The translations under genes were made by a program, and so were the position numbers. A stretch of 64,000 nt of DNA from Eledone cirrhosa (lineage: Eukaryota): NCBI GenBank assembly GCA_964016885.1, contig OZ024764.1, positions 19,654,001 to 19,718,000 of the forward strand, in the 5' to 3' direction. Below the pieces are notes generated by a model. It saw nothing but the letters and a program-made list of their open reading frames with translations, was not told where the DNA came from and did no database searches. Positions 52,781 through 64,000 of the stretch are shown here, in pieces (positions within the stretch are counted from its first letter, which is position 1; every line of letters begins with the position of its first letter).

Positions 52781-53397
52781 TGTGATAATAGGCCACACCT
52801 CACACCCTAGGGGTTAACTACACACTTTGAGGCAAGCTAACACACTGGCAGCATTACAACGGGTGATGGTGAGGCTAAGGTGCTGAAATAACCAGGTACC
52901 CTCACGGGTATCACCTGACGCCTCTGTAAGGTGAGGCTAAGGTGCTGAGATAACCAGGTACTCTTACTGATATCACCTGACACCTCAGTAAGGTGAGGCT
53001 ACGGTGCTGAAATAACCAGGTACCCTCACGGAAACGACTAGATTTGTAGAAAAAGTAGGGTGAAAGTATACAAAGAGATGTAGTTTCACAGATCTACTCA
53101 CACCTCACGTTGGGTGAGAATAATTATTTTTCTTAGAATTCTTGCTATACCCCTTTTCCAGTATTTTTTCTCTGGACCCCTTAGATACTTGCGATAGACG
53201 TTTTATATCCCAGTATTAGGATTAGGGTTTCCGTTTTCAGGAAGAAAAGTCGATTGCAAACATCTAAGAGGTCGAGCAATAAAATTAAGGAAAGATAATT
53301 ATTTCCCAGCCAACTGGAGAAGTGTGTAGCTCTTCTAAACTCCGATAATCCTGTCTCCCACTTCTTTATCTACAAATCTAGTCGTTTCCTGTTACTT

Positions 53398-54028
53398 TGT
53401 TCCCTGGGGTATGCCCTAGTATTTGACACCATCTGTCTCTCTTACTCCCTAACTAGCAAGAAGTCAATCTGTCTCATGTGTTCACCTGATTGGTAGGTTA
53501 TTAGGTGGTTGGTAGGTTTCTTGAAGTGTTGCAAATGGTTAGTTCACTTGCATCACAAAATACAAGAAGCCTCACTCCTTCTTCATTTCTTGAGCCATAA
53601 CCATGACCACCATGTACCCCAGTATATCCATCCTGGAGCTGTCCAACATGACCATTGAAGTCCCCTGCTATTATAACTCGGTCTCTGTCATTGTGGTTAT
53701 CTCTACTTATTCCTTTTCTACATATGGAGCAGGGCCACTTTCCTGAAGGTGTCAGGGTCTTCTCTCCTATCCATTACCACTTTAGTTTTGGCTAAGTATA
53801 TTCTCAGAACTTACCATTTCAAATTCTATATCTATAGCTGGTCATCTACATAGAGAAGTTTCCATAGACAGCCAGTCTTAAACCTCTCTGTTATGGCTTG
53901 GAGAACTATGATGAACAACAGTGGGCTAAGAACTAAACCATGATGAACTCCTACTTGTACCTTCAATTCCTCACTAAACACACTTTACTGACAGCTTCTC
54001 ACAAGCCATTCTTCTACACCTAATTTCC
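53398..54028 (-). mobile_element. Residual RTE fragments, cassette 3
   Basis: Homologous to 35335-35971. Confidence 0.8.
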
Positions 54029-54244
54029 TTAACCCTTTAGTATATAAACTGGCCATATCTGGCCAGAATTGTCTCATATCTTTCTGTTCAAACTGGCCGT
54101 AACTGGTCACTTATACTTATGTTACGGTATTGTTCTCCAAATAAGTAACATCAAAATCTCATAGATTTGATATTATGTGAGATAAAGCATTTACTGTGAA
54201 AATATAATAGTAAATATAGAGTAATGTGAATACTAAAGGGTTAA

Positions 54245-54660
54245 TCTGATATCACTAATAACTACTTTTATCAGTCAGTTTAATCTAATGTCACTAATAA
54301 CTACTTTTATCAGTCAGTTTAATCTAATGTCACTAATAACTACTTTTATCAGTCAGTTTAATCTACTGCCACTAATAACTACTTTTATCTGTCAGTATAA
54401 TCTACTGTCACTAATAACTACTTTTATCAGTCAGTTTAATCTAATGTCACTAATAACTACTTTTATCAGTCAGTATAATCTAATGTCACTAATAACTACT
54501 TTTATCAGTCAGTATAATCTACTGTCACTAATAACTACTTTTATCAGTCAGTTTAATCTACTGTCACTAATAACTACTTTTATCAGTCAGTATAATCTAA
54601 TGCCACTAATAACTACTTTTATCAGTCAGTATAATCTACTGTCACTAATAACTAACCTAA
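54245..54660. repeat. 39-bp minisatellite, ~10 copies
   Basis: Same unit as 19117-19570. Confidence 0.95.
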
Positions 54661-55510
54661 TTTAGTCAGCACATTCTTCACCAAAGAAGGCCTTAGTATT
54701 TATTACAGTCCATTTATCAATATAGAAATATTATATGAAATTTGTACTGATGTATTACAAGTTTCTGAGTATCTTATAATGTTCTTTTATTATTTCAGAA
54801 TACCAGAGGACATTGGCATTAAAGAGCACGTTACATCAGACATATCCTCAATATTAACTATTTCAAATGAAAGACACTATCCATCATTTTCAAATAATTT
54901 TGAAAACACTCAACACTTTGAAGGGATTTAGTAATATAACTAAAGTTCTCAGTATTAAGCTGCCATTTGGAACATAACTTTGCACAATTTCATGAAGTTA
55001 CAATGGAAAGTTTTTAGATAAATATAAAGACTGGTATGAAAAGGATAAAACACTTTTATATCAGTTGTTTCATCAACACCATTATTTAAAGACTAAAGGA
55101 AGCTGTTATACAGAACAGATACAACCTTGTTTATATAAATCTATGGGAGAAATACTGAAAAATATTCTTTGTGAGATCTTCATATATTGACAAAGATGAT
55201 AGTAGATGGAACTACAGGAGTAGAAATATTTCCATTATTACAGGAATAACTAATCAAATAAAAACCAGAAAAATTGGATTCTTCATTGTCTGGAATATGT
55301 ACAAGATGATTTTATATGTATATTAAACTTGAAGAGATCTACAAAACAGTTTGTATCATCTTAAAATATAAAGAAAGACCAAAGTTGATAGAAATATATC
55401 TGGAGGAATTTGTTTTAGGAATATTATAAACATAAAGAAGAAAAATATCCATATATTGCGAGGAGAAAAATATTAAAATTGTGAATTATGTGAAAAACTG
55501 AGGTGATTGA

Positions 55511-56392
<882 letters not shown>

Positions 56393-58319
56393 CTGTATCA
56401 ATATCAAACTCATTACATCATACTACAACAACAACAAATGTGTAGATCCATCATCCTTGCTAAAACTGGGGTCAACCTTGTAGGTTTTACCTAGGACAGG
56501 CATCATAAACACCAGGTTTCCATTTTTGAAGCCGTGTTTGAAGATTTTGTGTAAATTGAAGTTTTTCACATTAAACTTTGATTTATTATACTTTAACAGG
56601 TAAGATATATATTTGTATTTTTAGTAAAGGTTGGGAACTTCTGTAATTTAAACCTGCCAATAAAATGAAAACTTTTGTTGTTGTTAGTCAGACATTGATA
56701 TTAATTCTATTGTCCTGTACATTGTCTCAAATATCACAGATTAAACAGATTTTAACAATAACAACAGAAATCAATAACTTGTAAGCCTAATATCTAGCTT
56801 CCATTTTAACTATTTGATATTGTTATTCCCCTCCTGTCTCTTCAGGTCTTTTAGATTTCAACTTCTATCTACTGTACTATTCCATCACCAAGGCAACATT
56901 CATCTAGCTGGCAGCTTACATCAACTACAAATCTCATCAGTGGTTCACAACAGGCTGTCTGAAAGAAACTTCCAGATATCTTCTATGTCATAGCTATCAA
57001 TCTCCTCCTCCTTATCATATGTATCATGTAGAACATCTCTGAATTTATATTTAACAGGGAGCTCTTTTACTGTCCCTACCCTTTTCTTTAGGTTGTCTTG
57101 TACCTCTCTCACAGTCCCTCTATATCTAATATTTAACAGGGAGATCTTTTACTATCCCTACCCTTTTCTCTAGGTTGTTTTTACCTCTCTCACAGTCCGT
57201 CTATATCTTATATTTAACAGGGAGATCTTTTACTGTCCCTACCTTTTTCTCTAGGTTTTCTTGTACCTGTCTCACAGTGCCTGTAGATCTTATATTTAAC
57301 AGGGAGATCTTTTACTATCCCTACCCTTTTCTCTAGGTGGTGTTGTACCTCTCTCACAGTCCCTCTAGATCTTATATTTAACAGGGAGATCTTTTACTAT
57401 CCCTACCCTTTTCTCTAGGTTGTCTTTTACCTCTCACAGTCCCTCTAGATCTTATATTTAACAGGGAGATCTTTTACTCTCCAACCCTTCTATCTCCAGA
57501 TAGTCTTGTATCTGTCAGTCCCTCTAGATCTTACACCTAGTATCTAGTCTATGTTGAGTGGTACGTCCTTCTCCAGTAAAGGAGTTAATATTCCCAACCA
57601 TCTGTCTATCCTGTTTTCTGATGAGAATGAAGTCAATCTAGTTTATCTCTTCACCTGATTGAAGTAACTAGATCAAGTAACTAGATGTTTTCCTGTAAGT
57701 TAGTGTTGCAGTGTTCGTGTCACCATGTAAGGTTTATATCTATTAATATAGAGATGTAGTAAAGTTTTCACTGTTGTATCTCTACTTTCTAAATATCTTA
57801 ATAATGTTTCTCTACTATTTCAGAATATCACATGACCTTGACAGAAAAGAGTCTTTTAAAGACAACAGAAAGATGTTACATACAAGTGATATAAACTTGT
57901 TTAGTCTGTGGTGAATTATGGTGAAATATTTCTTCTGAATTGAGATAAATAACAACATTTTCCTTTTTCACTGTCTGGAATATTTACAAGATGATTTTAC
58001 ATTCTGATTAAACTTTAGATATTTACAAAGGAGTTTTCAAAATATTTGGATATTGACAAAGATCACATTTGGTATAATTATGAACATTAGAAATATTTAC
58101 ATCAACATAGGAATATTTTCCAGAAGAGATGGGAAAATCATTATACCACTGTAATATTTGTGGTAAAGTATTCTCTCTTCTTTATATGTAGAACATCTAA
58201 CTAAACACTTTAACTAACAAACTATTGTGCTATAGAATTGACAAACTTGAAGAATGTTTAATAAATGTTACAGATTTCTCCAAACTGTCGTTTACTAACT
58301 TTAATTTGAAGCTATATTA

Positions 58320-58658
58320 TCTATATACTACTAAAACTCTGTGATTGTGTCTTGTCTGTAATTTAATACAGCTAAAACAGTGCATAATGGGGAAATACTT
58401 TGAAAAGAATAAAACAAGTTTTGTATAAATTGGAGCACAGGTTCCCAAGATACGGGGTTTTCTGGGTACCTTGATAAATATAGCGAGAGAAAGAGATAGT
58501 GGTTGTGAGAGAGAGGGAGCTGGTGGTGTTGTTTAATAAAATATGTGTATAGATATATATATGTATGTGTATATTTTAACTATTTAAAAATTATTTTAAA
58601 ATGACTTTTAAAAAATAGTTTTAAGGGAACGTGACCCAACAGGTCCCGGGTGGTCTAG
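58320..58658 (+). mobile_element. Non-autonomous Helitron, cassette 3
   Basis: A|TCTATATAC...CTAG|T. Confidence 0.85.
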
Positions 58659-59570
58659 TTTGTTACTAAATACTAGATATTAGAGGGTCATGTTGTTCTA
58701 GATGTGCTGGAAGAGCCATTCCATCTCGTGAGGCTCACACCAGCAGCTAGCCACCTCAGCACCTATGGTGGTATATTTATTATATTATTTATTCTTTATC
58801 ATTAACATTAATATAAAAGATAATTATATATTTTTAGAGCAGAACCTTTTTGTTGTGACACCTACAGAACCACTTTACAATGTAGACTGGGTACTTTTTG
58901 TTGTGACAGCTACATGACCACTTTACAGTTTGCACTGGGTGCTTTTTGCTGTGACACCTACATGACCACTTTATAGTGTGGACTGGGTTCTTTTTGTTGT
59001 CACCTACATGACCACTTTACAGTGTGGGCTGGGTACTTTTTGTCGTAACATCTACATGACCACCTTATAATGTTGACTGTGTGTTCTTTACAGTGTGGGT
59101 TGGGTGCTTTTTGTCATATCTCCTATATGACCACCTCAAGATGGTCACATAACATCCATGAGCTTGGCTGGTCTCTCTGGGAGATCCAGCCAGATCAGTT
59201 GGAGTGGGTTGCTTCTGACGGGACCTTTTGGTGGGAGTGTTTGAGGTCTCTGCCCCCAAGACCCTCTCTGGAATAAGTGGGTTAATAAGAATAGGTTGAG
59301 GTTACATAATCAACATCAGATTTCCCTGCTAGCAAGGGTTTAATGAGTCTACTTCAACCAAGTAAGTACTGAAGAGAGGCTACTGATCTCCCAGACAGAC
59401 CAAGGATCTGAGACTTATTTACATAAGGTCTCATTTGCTACTGAGTGCACAGAAAAGGTTATGATTGAAGGGTTCTCCGACACTATTGTCGGGCAAGCTT
59501 TCTATGGCTAGATGTCCTTCACATGACCAACCACATTACAGCCTGTGTTGGGTGTGTTTATCATGTAGGT

Positions 59571-61616
59571 GAGACATAACAAATTGAGGGTTCCCCAAGG
59601 GCCACATAGGTTACATGTGTTGTCTGAGGGTTGCACACTACAACTAATTATGTACACGACAACTAATTTGTCATTTAATTAAATATATTGCAGAAAGATT
59701 TGTTACTTAAATTTAGAAACATACAATGTACATACAAATGTTTTAGCAGCATTCATGAATACAAAGTAATGAAGTAGTTTGATAAAAAACTAAAATTTAA
59801 CATGTCAACATATACTTGCAGATTGTAACAGCAACAAATACATTGTACACACATAACAACAGTTCAAAACTGAACATTTATTTGCTACTATTCAACCATT
59901 TTTAGTGTTTTGTCCTGAGGCTTGTCACTTCTTCCTGTTGACAATTTTTGGTCTGTCTGGCTGAAATGTCTGTACAGTTTCAACTTTAATCAGAAATGTC
60001 AAGTGTTGATCTGTCAGCCTTGTCCTCTGAGAATTTTTTGTTAAGCTAAGTACAGACTCAGTATGGGCAGTGATTTTCAGCTCTTTGCACATAAGAAAAT
60101 GAATTAAATTTTCATCTGACAACGGAGACTTCCATAAGCTAAGTTTTCTAATGAAGAACTTGATGTCATCATACAACTGAGTGATGGGTTTGTTTTTACC
60201 TTGTAATTTCAAATTAAGATCAGTTAATTGTGCAGTAATATCCACAAAAGAATCCTGATGTTGGAGCCAACTTTCATCTTTTATTTCATCTGTGTTTTGA
60301 CCTTTCATCTCCAAAAACATAATTATTTCAACAAATAGAATCTTTTCAGCACTTTGTGACATGTCAACCAGCAGACTTCTGTGTAGAATGGAACATCGGT
60401 GAACTGATTATCCATATCTTCCAACAACTGGCTGAACTGACGGTGGTTGAGAGCACGGCCTCTGATTTAGTTCACTGTCTTTGTGACCAAGCTAAGCACA
60501 TGATGCAATTTTAAAATCTTTGAACATAAATTTTGCTGATGAATAATACAGTGAAAATGTGCAAATGATGAATCTAGATATGAGTTTTCTATTTTTGTTT
60601 GTAACTTGGCAGCAACACCATTATGTCTACCAACCATATTTGCAGCACTGTCAGTAGATAAACATGCAAGTTTACTCAGATCAAAACCATGCAGACACTG
60701 TTTGACCTTCTCAAAGATGTCCTTGCTTGTTATAGTGTCATGCATGGGGACCAGTTCAATCAGTTCTTCATAAATATTAAATTCACTGTCACAGGCCCTG
60801 ATGAAGAATGCAAGCTGTACTATTCCAGTGATGTCAACAGTCTCTTCAATAGCAATAGAAACATGTTCAAACCTTGATGATACAGACTTTAACTGTTGTT
60901 TCAGATCACCTGACATTTCATTAATCTGTTCAGCAACAGTGTTCCTGGTTAATGAAATGTCTTTGAATAACTGTGCTTTCTCTGGACAATTTCAGCTGTT
61001 TTCACAAGACATTGCTTTACAAAATCTCCTTCACTGTAAGATTTCCCACTCATGGCAATCATTCGACTGAGTTCATAGCTTTCAGTAACGGAAGTGACAT
61101 TCTCTTCCTGAATTAACATAAAACAGGTCTGTTGCTGTGTCAAGTTAGACTTCAATTCCTTGAGTCTTGAAACACACATTGGGCCTTAATATTTATCGTA
61201 AGATCGAGGGTTTGTTACATAATGTCTTTTTAAATTGTACTCTTTTGGCGTGGAGATGTAGTTGTTGCAAATTAAACAGTGTATCTTTCTATTCACCATT
61301 GGGCAAAAATACTGTAATTCCCACTTTTCTTGAAACACTTGCCCTTCTTCGTTCAATTTCCTTTTTCTCTTAGCTGGAGGAGCACTAACCATTTCAAAAA
61401 CAAAATCATTTGAAATTTTGAAAGAAAGTTTTCTGTTAATGAGCTGCACGTGATTAATGGAAGTTAAAAGTAGTTGACAAAAATTGCACCAAAAAAAATA
61501 ATTGTATCGAAAATGTTTTAAATTTTATATTACGAAAATGAAACATGCTCGCACTGTAAAAACCTTTGTGTGGGCCGCAGCTTTGCTTGCAAAGGGCCGC
61601 ATGTTTGACATGTCTG
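59571..61616 (-). mobile_element. Full-span hAT relic with TSD ATGTAGGT, cassette 3
   Basis: TSD at 59563-59570 and 61617-61624; broken transposase ORFs. Confidence 0.9.
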
Positions 61617-63924
61617 ATGTAGGTTACCAACACTAGGGAGGGAAGCATGTCCATCAGTGTCTTCTGATACATTAACTACCAGGAGGTCACCACATGAGAC
61701 AAAGACTACATTTCAAAGAAGGGTCACAAAAGAACTAAATACGAAAGTCCTCACAGCAAAAAGCAGAAGTGCTGTGCCCTGTGGATAAGACTGCAAAAGT
61801 ATTCGCCCCGGACGATGGACAGTGACACCCACTGCAACAGCCACTCCAATCTCATGGGACTCCCTCTTCAGAAGGGCCACCAACGTACAGAGGAGCTTGG
61901 CAGTACGGGGTCCAAGTACTTCTGAGGTCTCGATGGTGACCGGTGTGAAGAGACCTACAATTGATGTCATCCCAGTTATGTTGGACTGTAATATACTGGG
62001 GTATAGAGAGGCCTTAACCTGTCACAGCCGAGCCACCCTGGGTTGTGTCATCTAGGTACCAGACAGGTGTAACTAGACCATGTTGTCAACTGTCACCACC
62101 AATAGGAGTGAGGCGAGTGGGTCTCCCTGCGAGACACCATATATAAAAACGTATTTGCTAATTACTTTAATGAATAATTTGTTTCATACGTAATTATTAC
62201 TTTTAACACAATAGGATTTTGTACACGGGTTTGTTTGAAAACATCTTTCAAAGAAGTATGAGACAGTCTTTTGCAGTCTTCTGGAGTTGCGACCGATAGA
62301 TAGTATTAGCAATTGGAAAGACCAATGGAAACATTGTTTCCTCGGTCCGATTTGACTAAAAGTCGATCGTAAAAAAAAAATATATATTTATATATAGAGA
62401 GAGAGATAGAGAAACACAAACGTACACTACTGTAAAACATATGTAAGGGGAGACAACTCTTGTTACATCCCCCCTTCTTTTTGATATACGTGCTTTATAT
62501 GTTTTGTACAATGAACTCTGCTTTATTTTGTGTCCTAAGTAGATTTCTGTTTAAGTATTTACGAGATTCACAATGATTCACGGAACCAAGTTACTTACAT
62601 TGAGATATATTTCACATAGAATCACAACAAATGAAAATATTAAGTCAAATGAAAATATTAAGTCAACACTCTGTCAATCAGTCTCACATCACATGGGGTG
62701 CCTCTAATACTTTCTGAGACAGTCTCACCTCGAGTGATAGCAAGGCTAAGATGTTGGAACTACCAAACACCCTCATATGTATCACCTGACACCTCGGTAA
62801 GGAGAGCTGCCAACGATAACAAGAACCTCGTTGTCAAGGACCTATCTCCTCCAAACTTCTCCAACACCACAGACTAGAAAATTCTACTCTTTATTCCCTA
62901 TCAAATATATTTCAGTCTAGTCATTTATCTTGTATCTTGTATATGTATTTTCAAAACTAACTGTCACATTTGTGAGACCCCAGTTAGGGATGTTTTTGTC
63001 TCCCTCCCACATCCTACATGCTGTAGTAAAAGTGAGGGTCACTGCTTCTGTAGACGAACGAAATAAAAGTTAAACTACCAGTAATTATCGGCAAAGTATT
63101 TATTCCAGGCTGATGTTTGAGAAGCTGGGCTGCTGACAATGAAGTTGTGGTCACTGTTGGCAGCTGGCTTTACCGAAGTACCCGATGACTCTTGTGAGGG
63201 TACTTAGCTGTTTGGGTGGTTTAGCCTCCATATGACATGATTTTACTGAGATACCCGGTGATCTCTGTCAGTGTACTTAGCTGTTCTGGCGGTTTAGCCT
63301 CCACATGACATGATTTTACCGAGATACCCGGTGATCTCTGTCAGTGTACTTAGCTGTTCTGGTAGCTTAGCTTCCTTATAACCAGATCTTACCGAGATAC
63401 CCGATGACTCTTGTGATGGTACTTAGCTGTTCTGGTAGCTTAGCCTCCATATGACCCGATCTTACCGAGATACCCGGTGATCTCTGTCAGGGTACTTAGC
63501 TGTTCTGGCAACTTAGCCTCCATATGACCCGAGATACCCGGTGATCTCTGCCAGGGTACTCGATTGATCCAGTACCCTACTATTTCTACCAACAGGTTAT
63601 ATCGAGGTATCAAGTGATACTCTTTTCAAGTCAAGACCTCCTCTGCTGTCCTCTGTCTTCCAACTGCCCTGTTATTCTACAGACTCACGAAAGTGGACAC
63701 CACCTGAAGGAGAGAGTGGTTGGTGTAGTGGTCATCGCTGGCTATTGTCCGAGTGACACTGGTAAAATACACTACCTAGACTGAGGTAAAACGTCTACCG
63801 TCCATTCCTCACCACCACCACCTTACTTTCTCTATTTTAATTACATTTACTGTTTTCAACTTCATTTTTTATTACAAACTTTACATAATTTAATTCGGTA
63901 AAAATATTTTACGTCACAAAAAAA

Positions 63925-64000
63925 CATTGAAGCATGCGCAGTGGTGCAGTTGTCGACTTCCTGTCCACGTGTTAGTCTTCCTACAACATCATTTAGAAAA
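63925..64000 (+). promoter_or_regulatory. Start of a fourth cassette (putative promoter/exon 1)
   Basis: GCATGCGCA...ACTTCCTGTCCACGTGTTAGTCTTCC as at 13428-13470. Confidence 0.6.

Overview
Eukaryotic, AT-rich, repeat-dense animal DNA, most likely an octopus or other coleoid C2H2 zinc-finger (ZNF) gene cluster. The taxon is inferred from the [17 protein letters not shown] finger style, the tRNA-SINEs and the RTE LINE relics, and is not proven. 1-13.4 kb holds the start of a minus-strand gene running off the left edge, a 6-kb satellite grown from the tRNA head of one TSD-bounded SINE, and an 18-finger minus-strand ZNF with a 7x15-aa linker-like N-terminal repeat. From about 13.4 kb to the end are three tandem copies of a 16-17 kb cassette plus the start of a fourth. 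Each cassette has a putative promoter and non-coding exon 1, a TE- and minisatellite-filled intron, a single coding ZNF exon (18, 10+2 frameshifted, and 10 fingers), a relic ZNF exon, a Helitron and a hAT relic. Cassette flanks are near-identical while the finger arrays are reshuffled. Copy-specific elements include a Merlin-like transposase fragment, a 677-bp foldback element with an 8-bp TSD and a CRE-like RT/RLE retrotransposon. No prokaryotic features, CRISPR arrays or intact tRNA/rRNA genes were seen. Exon and splice calls are motif-based only.
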